NCBI RefSeq assembly: GCF_006345805.1
Contig: NC_042998.1
Coordinates: forward strand, 176,638,001-176,702,000
Direction: 5' to 3'
Source of the DNA: Octopus sinensis
Taxonomy: Eukaryota
Length of the DNA: 64,000 bases
The position numbers and the translations under genes are program-made. Under the pieces are notes generated by a model, which was not told the origin of the DNA, ran no database searches, and saw only the letters and a program-made list of their open reading frames with translations. This document shows, one piece after another, positions 1 through 11,600 of this stretch. Every line of letters starts with the position of its first letter. The first letter of the stretch is position 1.

Positions 1-433
1 GATAAACAAAATGATAAATGTCTTCTCTGGCAAGATGGATTCATAAAGGTTGATACTTAACTGTAGATTGAATAAAGTTAAGCGGATGAGAAATGATCAG
101 ATAAATAAACTGAGGCGAGCAGAATTATGTTTTCTTTGTGGAGACAGTCAAACACCTGCAACAGGTATGAACTGAAAACCAAGGGAGGCATTAATTCAAT
201 ATATCTTGCAGATAGATATTTTCTCCGGGTTGGAGCGAGGAAGTGGGTTGGCAGAATCTTTAGAGTGGCCGACAAAATGCCTTGGTCTATTCATTTCAGA
301 CTTTATGTTCAGAATTTTTACCTGTAAATAGTGAATATAGAAATCGTTTCTTCAATCTAGGATAGATAACGTAAGCAGTATCATCCTGATATAGATTAAA
401 AAAAAAAAATAAAGTACTAGTCACTGTAAAGAA

Positions 434-560
434 CCGTGGCTAAGCGTTTAGAGTGCTCGGCTCATGTTCGTTGGTTCAATTCCTGAGTTTGACACATGTT
501 GTGCTCTTGAACAAGACACATCGTTTCACGTCCCTCCAAACTATTCAGTTGTACATAAGC
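434..560 (+). mobile_element. Decayed tRNA-derived SINE (head plus central domain)
   Basis: A-box-like TGGCTAAGCGTTTAG and B-box-like GGTTCAATTCC, followed by GTTGTGCTCTTGAACAAGACAC. A related copy lies on the minus strand at about 47150-47362. Confidence 0.55.
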
Positions 561-961
561 ACCATCTGGGTAGTGGTACAGCTCTCTCTTTCTCTCTCTC
601 TCTCCCTCTCGCTCACTTCGCTGGTTCAAGAGTTTGAGGGCTTAAAGAAGGTCTATGCTACATAGATACCTAAAACAATTATCGAAAGCATGGTATAAGT
701 TACCAGGGTGTAGTAGCTCGTGCAGTGGGTTAACAGTGTACAGTACAACTCAAAATCCCCGCCTAACTGTGGGGCAGCATCAACGGATGTCCTACGGGCA
801 CCTGTTGAGCGGGGATTGGTCTACACTGTCATCACACCTATATCATTTATCTGTATTACTCCATATTACTGTCCAATACTATACATTCAGACACACAATC
901 ATTCATTTATATATATATATATATATATATACACCTTCCTCGATCTCTCCCTCCCTCACTC

Positions 962-1007
<46 letters not shown>

Positions 1008-1453
1008 TATTTATCTCACTTTCTATCTTAAAAATTTCTACAAAAGGAAACCAGATCGGAAGCTACTACTAACCGAATGAAACTCCTTTGCCTTGAAAGA
1101 AGAGAGACTCAGTGGATAAACGTAGTTCTAGACACACATTGAGCAAGTGAAAGACGAGATATTGACGGCCATACATCTTTTTAGTCACTGCTGGCCAAGG
1201 TATAAAGAACAATAAATACAAGTCTTGATTTGTTTGTTGTTTCTCTCCTGTCAGACAGTGGAAATAATGCGTTCAGTATTATCCAAAAGTAGATCCCAGA
1301 TGATTAGCAATGAACTGGCCAAAGGTTCCAATCTTTAGTTTTAAAAATATTTTTGGGTTTCGATCTTCCCAAGTACTTAAGAGTGTATTTGTATTCTTTT
1401 CGTGTGTATTTAAATACACACGAATTTGCAAAATGTAAGCATATTTGTGTAAG

Positions 1454-1482
1454 ACGAGATGCTATCAAAGGTTCCCGGACTA
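1454..1482 (-). mobile_element. Probable terminal inverted repeat of the mariner element at 1954-2400, separated from it by the CR1 insertion
   Basis: ACGAGATGCTATCAAAGGTTCCCGGACTA resembles mariner termini (TACGAGGG..TCAAAAAGTTCCCGGA type, from memory). It joins plausibly to GTTATGTTTAATAAAAAAAATACTTT at 1954. The flanking TA target is not intact (GA at 1453-1454). Confidence 0.45.
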
Positions 1483-1953
1483 CTTCTTGGTCTCAAGCAT
1501 TTGTCTTATGAAGAAAGGCTGAAGACGCTTGACCTTTTTTCTCTCGAAAAACGACGACGCCGTGGTGATCTCATTCTCGCTCACAACATCATAAGCAGAA
1601 AGTGTAACCTCTCGAAAGAGCTGTTCTTCACTCCTGCTCCAGAGCGTGGGCTGCGGGGTCACTCCGAAAAGCTCTATCTACGACGATTTCATCTCAATCG
1701 AAGGAGAGGGGCTTTCTCCGTCCGGGTTGCGGATCCGTGGAATAAGCTGCCGGACGAGATAGTGAAGATGCCGACCACCGCTCGGTTCAAAGTCTCTCTT
1801 GACCAGAAATGGCCTGAACTCTTTGTATGACCAACCTCCCAGTACATAACTCCCTGTCCCCCTACATGGCCTTGCTTTTGCTTTTTGAGCCAATAAAAAT
1901 GAAATGAAATTAAATTAAATTAAATTTTAAAAAATTAAAATTAAATTAAATTA
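1483..1953 (+). mobile_element. 5'-truncated CR1-clade LINE: ORF2 C-terminus, 3' UTR and (AAATT)n tail
   Basis: Translation GLKHLSYEERLKTLDLFSLEKRRRRGDLI...RGHSEKL...FSVRVADPWNKLP...FKVSLD matches the CR1 ORF2 C-terminal motifs (LFSLEKRR-RGDL, RGH--KL, WN-LP, FK--LD). Stop at 1830, AATAAA, then AAATG/AAATT repeat tail at about 1896-1953. Confidence 0.9.
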
Positions 1954-2400
1954 GTTATGTTTAATAAAAAAAATACTTTATTTACTCTAGTGTTAACATC
2001 ATCTCTTTCGAAATAGTCACCTTGCGCAGCGATACACCGGTCCCAAAGTTCCTGTCATTTTTGCAATGCGGCCTCCAGTCGTTTTCCGTAAGCGACTCGA
2101 GGACCTTCTGCGATTCGTTCTTCATTTCAACAACGGTGTTAAAACAGCGACCTTTGAGCTGCATTTTCATCTTGGGGAAGAGAGGAAATTCTGCAGGTGC
2201 TAAATCTGTTGAAAAGGGCGGATGCAAAAGCGATGCCATGTTTAATTTTGCGGAGAAACTCACGAGTGAAGAGAGCTCGGTGATAGGGTGCATTGTCATT
2301 GTGAAAAATCCAATTCTTCGCGCTCTATTGATCTGGTCGCTTTCACCGAATTTCCTCCTTCAAACGCTTCAAAACATCGTTGACTGTTCTCCGACGATCC
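1954..2400 (-). mobile_element. Mariner (Tc1/mariner) transposase C-terminal fragment, pseudogenised
   Basis: Minus-strand LHPPFSTDLAPAEFPLFPKMKMQLKGRCF matches mariner HPPYSPDLAPSDF-LF--LK--LKG--F. An upstream frame gives NWIFHNDNAPYH (LHDNA--H motif). Frameshifts and stops are present, and the third catalytic Asp reads as Glu. Confidence 0.9.
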
Positions 2401-3439
2401 TCGCATATATCTGTGCATATGTTTGGGCGCGCACGCGCGTGTCTGGCGGGGTTGCACACACACTCACACACACACACACACACACACACACGTGTGTGTA
2501 TGTATATGATAACGGTTATTCATTTAGAAACATACCCACTGCTGTCCTGTTGTTTCCAGAGAATCAAACTGCCCTCCCATAATGACAATTTCGGAGAATT
2601 TTCTACTCACGAAATTATTTCCCCTTTTTATTTGCAATTTGTCGCACTTGCATGAGGTATTTTTGTTTACTCTTCTCGCAAACAGCAAAATATCTTTAAT
2701 GAAAAAAAATAAATCCATCGGAGAGGCGATGCATATCCTGTGCGCAAATAAATTGATTTTTTTCTTTTTTTAAATCAGAAAATATGATCAAAGTTAAAGG
2801 AAATATGGTCAAAGATTTTTATTTTTCATTTCCACTGAAGAACCAAGTGCGTTGAAGGAGCTACTTATATTTCAACTGGTTTTCACGGAAACGTTAAAAT
2901 ACGAGTTGGCAGAGATATTTGAATGTTATTTTAGTGGGGTTGGAATTAACATTAAGAAAAGTAAACATTAATGAATATTCTTCTCCAATTTTTCATAGAA
3001 GAGTCATGCGTGTTCAAAAAAAAAAACGCTTTCCATTTCAAATAGTTTTACAGGGAAATGCTAAATTACGAGTTGACAAAGAAAATCAAAGGTTGCTTTG
3101 GAAAGTTCAACATACAATTTGCATATGAGTAAATTTTGCATATGACTAAATAAATGATTATTCAAATAATGATCATGATTATGAATAATCGTGATTATGA
3201 ATAATCATGATTACGAAAAAGAAAGTGAACAAAATGAAACACTTATAGAAAAGAATATTGCATAGAATTTGAATGTTTTCAGCGCCTTTCACTGATAGCA
3301 GGTGAACCAAACTTATTGTAGTTCGTTTTGGGATGTAAATAATATGACCACTTGCTTATCGGGAAATTTGTAAGTTCGATTTAGAAGTTTAAAAGTGTTT
3401 AGTTACAAAGAAATTATTTTTTAAATCTGCCGGTCAAAG

Positions 3440-3756
3440 TGAAAAGATCCGGTATTTATAATTTATATTCCAGTGAAATTAAGAAATCAACTCGTAAATA
3501 GACGAAACCCTAGAATCCAGCACCACACACACACACACACACAAACATGCGCGCGCACACACACACACAGTTGCATATCTATGCATGTATTTATTTATTC
3601 TTGAAGATAAGCAAACCAAATTTTCATCATTTCGAGCCATACACCCAATGAGTATTTCTGCCAAATTTGGTGAAAATCCATTCACTTGTTTTCAAGTAAT
3701 TTGGCAAACACACAGACGAACAGACGAGTGATTACAATAACCTACTTTCACCTTGG
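3440..3756 (+). mobile_element. Possible Helentron/HINE-like non-autonomous element
   Basis: CCAAATTTTCATC and CCAAATTTGGTGAAAATCC motifs, an internal (CA)n tract and ACAGACGAACAGACG followed by TTACAATAACC. This architecture is typical of invertebrate HINE/DINE-like repeats (pattern recognition only). Confidence 0.4.
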
Positions 3757-4610
3757 AAGATTCCCCCTTTTAATATTAACTTCTCCAAGGAATACATTAC
3801 TTGAGTACAATTTAGTTTTCCACTCTTTCATGCTATGCATTAGAAAATTTGTGATGTTGTCAGCAGCACCAAACATGTACAGGTATTCGACGATTCAAGA
3901 ATGAGGCATCATATCCTATGCCTTCTTAAAGTCAATCCAAGCCATAGACATGTTTGTATGATGCTTTTACAATGCCTCAAAACTGTTTTATCGATGACCA
4001 GGAGGTCCTTGGTACACTGAGAACCCTTCCTACATCCTTTTTGTTCCCTTGGTAGTATTTCTTCCTGTACCAGGAAAGTGTATGCCTTTGCTGCACATAT
4101 TCCAATGAGTATCTTCCAGATTATGTTTAGGCATGCTATGGGACGGTAGTTTCCCACAATATCTTATTCTATCTTTCATTACAAGTGTTGTCCACCCAGT
4201 CACCATCCACGCGGAGACTGTACATTTCTGGATACACTCATTCAATTGGGCTGCTAGTCTTTCGTGGCATCTCTTCAGCCAGAAGCCATGAATCCCATCT
4301 GGTCCGGGGGCTTTCCACTTGGGCACTTTACCCATTCGTACTTTCACATCACCCGTGCTTATGACAATATTCCTTTGTTTCTTTCCTCCTTGTAATTCTG
4401 TTTTGATAGTTCCTATCCATATTGCATCCCTTTTATGCGCCACATTGTTTCCCCATAATCCGCTCCAGAACTCCTTGGCTTGATTTGCATCAGGAGCAAC
4501 ATTTTCCCCATTGTCTCCTTCTAACGGTCGGAAGAATTGCTTCGGGTTATTTTTGAACAATCTGTTCTCCTCGAACTGCTTATTTCTGTTCACAAATCTT
4601 CTGCCATGAT
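3748..4610 (-). mobile_element. R4/Dong-clade non-LTR retrotransposon reverse-transcriptase fragment (dead copy)
   Basis: Minus-strand ENRLFKNNPKQFF..EFWSGLW..WKAPGPDGIHGFWLK, then after frameshifts NYRPIACLNIIWKIL..EQKGCRKGS..KDLLVID, MAWIDFKKA (3919-3945) and IKRGIFQG (about 3751-3775). At least two frameshifts and in-frame stops. Confidence 0.85.
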
Positions 4611-4708
4611 CCTCTGTTTTAACTGCATCTATTGTTGCATCAAACACGTTCTTTCGCATTTTATATTTCTTCGCTAATTTTTCTCGTTCGGTATTATATT
4701 CTTCTTCT

Positions 4709-4835
4709 TCTTATTATTATTATTATTATTATTCTATGTTTGACTTTTGCTTTATGTCTGTACAAGTTGGCTCCAAGTCTCACCCAGAGACCTCAAGAGA
4801 CAACAGGTTGGAAGTTCTGTGCCATATATTTGGGG
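4709..4835 (-). mobile_element. Probable 3' end of a LINE with (TAA)n tail
   Basis: Minus strand reads ...GTCTCTTGAGGTCTCTGGGTGAGACTTGGAGCC...AAACATAG then (AAT)n, which resembles R4/Dong-type 3' ends. The family assignment is from memory. Confidence 0.45.
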
Positions 4836-4895
4836 GTTTTTTGGGGGTTTTTTTGGTGTTGTACTAGTGAATGTCTAATACATAAAAAAAAAATA

Positions 4896-4926
<31 letters not shown>

Positions 4927-4952
4927 TTTATTACTGTTATCCTTATTATTAA

Positions 4953-5345
4953 GACGACGAGCTGGCAGAATCGTTAGCGTGCTGGACGAAATGCTTAGCG
5001 GTATTTCGCCTGCGTTACGTTGTGAGTTCAAATTCCGCCGAGGTCGACTTTGCCCTTCATCCTTTCGGGGGTCAATAAATTAAGTACCAGTTACGCACTG
5101 GGGTCGATGTAATCGACTTAATACCTATGTTTGTCCTTGTTTGTCCCCTCTGTGTTTAGCTCCTTGTGGGTAATAAAGAAATAGGTATTTCGCCTGTTGC
5201 TACGTTCTGAGTTCAAATAACGCCGAGGTCGACTTCATCTTCCATCCTTTCGGGGTCGATAAAATAATTACCACTGGAACGCTGGGGTCGACGTAATTGA
5301 CCCATCCCCTCCCCCCGCAAATGTCGAAGACTTGTGCTTTCAGTA
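4953..5345 (+). mobile_element. tRNA-derived SINE family A, dimeric copy
   Basis: Head GACGAGCTGGCAGAATCGTTAGC (A box) and GAGTTCAAATTCC (B box), body GGTCGACTTTGCC..TCATCCTTTCGGGG..AAGTACCAG. A second partial unit restarts at GTATTTCG (about 5185). Many homologous copies occur in the window. Confidence 0.85.
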
Positions 5346-5514
5346 AAAATTATTATTGTTGTTGTTGTTATACATTTAGTCTCATAGCATCCAGTTTAAA
5401 TTCGCTATTACGAAACTAAATTTATAATATTCTATAAATAATATACCCACAGTATTACCTAATATACTCGTGCATATAATTCTTTTCTTATAAAAGCTTA
5501 TTGGACAATTGCAC

Positions 5515-5950
<436 letters not shown>

Positions 5951-5951
5951 A

Positions 5952-6264
5952 TCTTATTATAATGGACGTCATGTCCGTCTGATTGTCTGGTCCCTCTTAA
6001 TGGTCGAACGATTGGACCAATGGTCACGGTGTTTCTCGGGATTACGAAGGAAGTAATCAGGAAGGTTTTTAGCGAAAATAATGTGAAAAAGTATGATAGT
6101 GGATAATGAGTTTTGTATTAATAAATCAGCTTTGATATTTTATTTTTATTTTTTTTTATTAAAATTCCGGCGACGAGGATTAACTCTGGATCTCCCCACC
6201 ACGTGAATTTAGAGGGTTTAAATTTGCGATATTATCCTTTTATTTCCCATCGTAGATGGGCAGA
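5952..6264 (+). mobile_element. Non-autonomous Helitron-like element (family H1), copy 1
   Basis: Starts A|TCTTATTATAATGG. Subterminal hairpin CCCATC-GTA-GATGGG at 6246-6260. The first about 120 bp are clearly homologous to the copy starting at 6265. Confidence 0.55.
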
Positions 6265-7883
6265 TCTTACTATAATGGGCGTTATGTCCGTCTCTTTGTC
6301 CGTCTCCTCTTCAGAGCCAGACGGCTGGACTAATGGCTTCGATATTTTTCGGGATTACAAAGACGGTCGTGAGGAAAGATTTTAGCATTAAAAAATCAGA
6401 CAGTATGATTAGTTCGTGGATATCGATTTTTGAACTGATAAACCACCTTCGTATTTTTATCAAAAATTTACCGACCACGAGTAACTCTGGGTTTTCATCG
6501 TATAGTTCGTGGCTAAATCGTAGACGCGAAGTGGGGCCTGAGGACGGATAACAACGAAAATAAAATGGGAAATGTCTGTGTCAGTATAGTGTATGTGATT
6601 ATGTAGTGGTTATTGAAGTGTGTCAGTCTCGAGCAGGATTCGAAACGACTAATCGAAGTGGCGGCTGTTGTTTACATCTCAGTTTTGACAATCAAAATAA
6701 CCCATGGTACCAGAACATCCAGACATTATTCGCATAGAACAGGGAGAGGTATGACTTAGTCTGATTTTTTGAAACCCTAAAGGCTCCGCTCGCACATTCA
6801 CAGCAAATAACACACAGGGCTAAACTTTAAATTATGTAGGTGTATATATACACTAGCAGTATCGCCCGGCGTTGCTCGGGTTTGTAAGGGAAATAACTAT
6901 ATAAGCATTTTTAGAGAGTTACTTCCCTTATAGATGCCAATTCAGGCTTTCTTAGCCATTTCTGTTTTGGTGTCTTCAAGCCATGAAGTCGTTGTTCTAA
7001 AAGAACGCTGGTCTCCTTGACAACGCTTTACGACGTTGATTTCCTTACACTCCCTTCCCCACAGCTTCACGAGGGAGGGAAGAAGGGGGAGAAGCAAACA
7101 GGTGCAGGTGTGACCATGGACGCCAACTCCGCCGCCATCGACACACGAAAAATTATGCATTAAAATGGAATAAAAAATGATGTTAAATTATTTTTAAAAT
7201 CGTAGACTCATCGTAGACGCGCGCTAATACTCAGACGGGCTCGATATGAATCACGACTATAAGATACCCGAATTTGGTTAAACTGCACCGCAAAATGTGG
7301 GAGTAGTTAGGAATCTAAATCGAAGGGGACAGACACTCACACAACTACAGTTTTATATATATAGATATGTCGCTATGAGTCGAGCAACGGATTCCAGTAA
7401 TTTGAAAACTAGTGTCGACCATACAGAAAATATTGTTTACAAAGAATTTTTTTTAACCATATTGATATTATCGAAAGGAATATGATTCATAATTCAAATA
7501 AGGAAATTTGTGAACTCTGAATGTATAGGAGTATAAACAAGCGTAAACAACTACAATAAAAACATTTTTTTCTTAATACTTTTTTATGTAGTGGTCGAAG
7601 GAAGCTCTGGCTTTCGTTAGGAATGGTCCACATAACCATTCCTGATACATAGGCTGGGAGCCTATTTCAGTTCGGGAGTGAATCGTCATCACGTGTCGCT
7701 TAGTCGTCACAAACACGTCATGTAGCTGCAATAGAATGCTGTATCACCAACAATAAAGTGATTTCTCTAAGACATCACCCAGTAATCTAACAAGTCCATT
7801 TACACATTTCTCAACAAATACTGCTGTTATGACTTCCCCCCCCAGCATTTTATGCCTCCATCGTAGATGGGTAGATTTGGTAG
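6265..7883 (+). mobile_element. Helitron-like family H1, copy 2 (putative extended element, hosts a nested Helitron)
   Basis: Starts A|TCTTACTATAATGG. The same hairpin motif CCATCGTAGATGG recurs at 7858-7870, followed by ...GGTAG|T at 7883. Linking the two ends into one element is an inference. Confidence 0.4.
6853..7365 (-). mobile_element. Non-autonomous Helitron (family H2), complete termini
   Basis: Minus strand begins A|TCTATATATATAAAACTG (7365). It ends with a GC-rich hairpin CCCGAGCAACGCCGGG, an 8-nt spacer and CTAG|T (6853). AT insertion site and no TSD, all canonical Helitron hallmarks. Confidence 0.75.
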
Positions 7884-7969
7884 TATATATAAAAGAATAA
7901 AAGAATGAATATATATATACATTTCAACTTCTAACCATTTTCCCTCATATATGTGTGTGTGTTATAGAT

Positions 7970-8330
7970 AGAGAGAGAGGGGGGAGAGAACAGAAAGAAC
8001 AAGCGGAGGGAATTTGGTTTGACCAATAGAAGAGCAAAGACAAAAGTGCAATAATTTAAGTAGAAAGCGAAAGGCTGAAAGAGAGAGAGTGAGAGAGAAA
8101 AGCGAAAGTGAGGGGTAGAGCGTAAGCAAGAGAGAAAAGTGTGTATGTGTGAGAGAGAGAGAGAGAGAGGGAGAAAGAGAGAGAAAGAGAGATAGAAGTA
8201 CAGAAGGAAAGAGAGTGGGAGAGAGAGAGAGAAAGAGAGATAGAAGTACAGAAGGAAAGAGAGTGGGATAGAGAGACAGAAGGAGAGAGAGAGAAAAGAC
8301 AGAGAACAGAAAGCCTGGAGAGGAAATGAA
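7970..8330 (+). repeat. Purine-rich (GA)n tract with an internal about 48-bp duplication
   Basis: GAGAAAGAGAGATAGAAGTACAGAAGGAAAGAGAGTGGGA occurs twice between about 8180 and 8270. Confidence 0.9.
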
Positions 8331-9080
8331 AGAAGTCGAAAAAATTTTCTGATTGGTGGAAATCTGCATAAAACGATACGAAAATTATAATAGATCATAC
8401 GATCCCTAATGAGTACCAAGGGGGGAAATTAAGGTTTTGGGGTCATTAAATATCCAATAACTACAGCATGTCAGGAAAGGATATCATTTATTTATCCTAT
8501 TCATAATCAAAACCATATTTGCCTATTTTGTCCTGCTATTTTGTAGATTAGTCTACGATAGAGAATTCGCCTTTGTCAGTTCACCTCGTTCTTGTTAATG
8601 AGTAGAGAAGGATAAGAGGAGATTAGTTTGAGGTAATTTCCACTAACATAGCATCGCATCATCATTTGTGATTAGTACAAGGGCTGAATAAAAAAAAAAA
8701 AAAAAAAAGAAGTGGGGTTAAAGATATTAATCCTGTAGGACTAAGCTATACTTAGCTATTTAAAAGTCAACGACACTGCCTGCGGATAAAAAGGCTGAAT
8801 TATTTATTAAGTTCAGAAAAGAAAATGGCAGTAATTTCTCCAAATGCGATTCTAATATCAGAAATATGGAGAAGGATTGCTTTTATATGAAAAATCAATG
8901 AAGTGATTTTGAAAATGATTGGATGATGTATATTGGTGTACATTGAGACTGCAATTTTCTCTAGTTTTGTTGAGCGTTATTCCAAATGCAGAAATCGGGA
9001 ATATTTGAAAATGCAATATTCTGACTCAGCTCCTTGCTTCCACGTACTCGCACATAGACACTAACACACTAAACACACAC

Positions 9081-9125
<45 letters not shown>

Positions 9126-9544
9126 TGCACATATATACCCACACATATATGCATACTGACAAGAATGAATATATGCATGAATATATGTATGCGCGTATCT
9201 CTCCATTTTTCAACTTACACGCACACACATGCATAAATGCATACGTAAATTCATAACTACATACATACATATCTAACGCATGTATGATTATATGTAGCTC
9301 TCTCTCTCTCTCTCTCACACTCTACCTTCACACACGCGCACACACACAGATAAATACAACCATCCACACTTAATGTGAGGTAACCATGTATCTCCTCTGC
9401 AGCAACAATCCCCTACATGTTTCTCTTTAATACATCAACCTCTAAATATCTCGTACAAAGCCACATTCCACTATATTATACTCCCACTCAGTCGAGAAAG
9501 CTTTGTCTTGCGAATTATATGATGACCCTACTAGTTCTCGTGCC

Positions 9545-9712
9545 AGGAAGAAATAACCAATATCCTCTGGCTGGCGTTAAGAAGGGTGTCCGGTCGTAGA
9601 AATCATTTTAAAGCAGACATTGGAATACGATTTTGTCCATCGATACGTCAGTTCCTATCACACCGTCCTATCAATACCAACATGGAAAATGGACGTCAAA
9701 TGAATTTTGATA
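9545..9712 (+). mobile_element. Decayed SINE/LINE 3' tail (RTE-like)
   Basis: TGGCGTTAAGAAGGGTGTCCGGTCGTAGAAA...CCAACATGGAAAATGGACGTCAAATGA resembles a common RTE-type tail. Pattern recognition only. Confidence 0.4.
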
Positions 9713-9740
9713 CTTCCAGATATACATATATTATATTATA

Positions 9741-9957
9741 TATTTCTTTACTACCCACAAGGGGCTAAAAACAGAGGGAACAAACGGATTAAGTGGGATT
9801 ATATCGACTCCAGTGCGTAACTGGTACTTAATTTATCGACCCCGAAAGGATGAAAGGCAAGTCGACCTCGGCGGAATTTGAACTCAGAACGTAACGGCAT
9901 ACGAAATACGGCTACGCATTTCGCCCGGCGTGCTAACGTTTCTGCCAGCTCGCCGCC
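9741..9957 (-). mobile_element. SINE family A
   Basis: Reverse complement of the head GGCGGCGAGCTGGCAGAAACGTTAGC, B box and body seen at 10803. Confidence 0.85.
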
Positions 9958-10034
9958 TTATATACATATATTATATAATATTATACACAATAATGCGGCC
10001 AGGTTACGTCTCTTAATATTTAGGTTTAAAACTA

Positions 10035-10225
10035 GGTGGCAAGCAGGCAGAATCGTTAGCATGCCGACCAAAATGCTTAACAGCATTTCGTCTGTCTACA
10101 CGTTCTGGGTTCAAATTCCGCCGAAGTTGACTTTGCCTTTCGAGGGTCGATAAATAAAGTATCAGTTGAACGCTGGGGTCAATGCAAAAAAAAAAATTCT
10201 GGCCTTGTGCTAAAATTTGAAACCA
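10035..10225 (+). mobile_element. SINE family A (monomer, TGGCCTTGTG tail)
   Basis: GGTGGCAAGCAGGCAGAATCGTTAGC...GGGTTCAAATTCCGCCGAAGTTGACTTTGCC...TGGCCTTGTGC. Confidence 0.8.
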
Positions 10226-10469
10226 ACATCTAGATTTAAACTTTTCATTTCATCGTAGTCGATGAAATATGCACCTAATAAAACACTGAGGTTGTGTTTT
10301 TGGAAAAGCTTGGGTTAAATATAAAATATGGCGGGAGATGCTTACCCTAAAGTGCTACGCAGTCAGATCGAACGCAGAACCAAGTAATTAAGAGGGAAGC
10401 TTCTAAACAACAGTCATGCCTGTAATTTTGCCTAGTGCCTCTTTTTCTTAATTAGCCTTTGTTGTGTTT

Positions 10470-10523
<54 letters not shown>

Positions 10524-10574
10524 AATACGTGGCATATGTGTGTCTGTCGATTGAGCCTTATTACTGATTTGAAA

Positions 10575-10772
10575 TTTTGGCACAAGGCCAGTAATTTAGA
10601 GGGAAGAGCTTAGTCGCTTACACTGACACTCCTAGTGATCAACTGGTACTTATTTTATCGACTCTTAATAGCAAAGTCGATCTGGATGGAATTTGAACTT
10701 AGAACATAAGAACGGACGAAATGCTGCTAAGCAATTTACCCAGTGTTCTAACGATTCTACCACTTCGCCACC
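10575..10772 (-). mobile_element. SINE family A (diverged)
   Basis: GGCACAAGGCCA tail, GCAAAGTCGA body and GAATTTGAAC B box in reverse orientation. Confidence 0.75.
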
Positions 10773-10802
10773 TTAGAAATTTGTAATATTATATTTGATT
10801 AT

Positions 10803-11180
10803 GGCGGCGAGCTGGCAGAAACGTTAGCACGCTGGGCGAAATGCGTAGCCGTATTTCGTCTGCCGCTATGTTCTAATTCCGCTGAGGTCGACTTTGCCTT
10901 TCATCCTTTCGGGGTCGATTAATTAGGTACCAGTTATGCACTAGGGTCGATATAATCGACTTAATCCGTTTGTCTGTCCTTGTTTGTCCTCTCTGTGTTT
11001 AGCCCCTTGTAGGTAGTAAAGAAACAGGTATTTCGTCTGAGCTCAAATTCCGCCGAGGTCGACTTTGCCTTTCATCCTTTCAGGGTTGTTAAATTAAGTA
11101 TCAGTTAAATACTGGGATCGGTCTAATCGACTGGCCCCCTCCTAAAAAATTCAGGGCCTTGTGCCTAAAGTAGAAAAGAA
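10803..11180 (+). mobile_element. SINE family A, dimeric copy
   Basis: Full head and body. The second unit restarts at GTATTTCG (about 11028) and ends in GGCCTTGTGCC. Confidence 0.85.
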
Positions 11181-11269
11181 TATTATATTTTATTAACAAG
11201 AAGAAATATCAGTACAAATAGCTGTCGATGTAGCTCTCTCTCTCTCACATTCTACCTTGAAACAACTGA

Positions 11270-11600
11270 TGTTCTTTTCAGCCCTGATCTAACAAAGCTA
11301 TGCTCAAATAACTGTGATCGTCCTTCCGTTTCCATTCTAATAACAATTCTCTATGATATCCGTTCATTTTCCAGACGGCGGTAGGATGCTGTGGTGTATC
11401 AAAAGTGTATGCCGTTCAGGGTAGCCCTTGAATTTGCCAGGGTAGTGCCCCTAAGCCTATACAGCAAACCCAAAAATACCTTCCACCACCTTGATAGCAT
11501 CGCCCAGAGTAGACTCTACCCCCACTGTTACGCTACTGATTGGGTGTCATGTGAAGGGATTTGGCCGTCATTTCTAGTAAATCCAGTGACCACATAGAAG
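11270..11600 (+). repeat. Unclassified interspersed repeat, related to 38180-38360
   Basis: Both loci share CAGCCC..ATC..ACA.A.CTATG.TCA and GATTTGG....ATTTCTAG motifs. Confidence 0.35.

Noticed and set aside
78-275. Minus-strand 65-aa ORF with a decent acceptor (TTGCAG|GTG at 155)
   Set aside because: No recognisable homology and a short frame. It sits at the window edge, so it cannot be linked to other exons.
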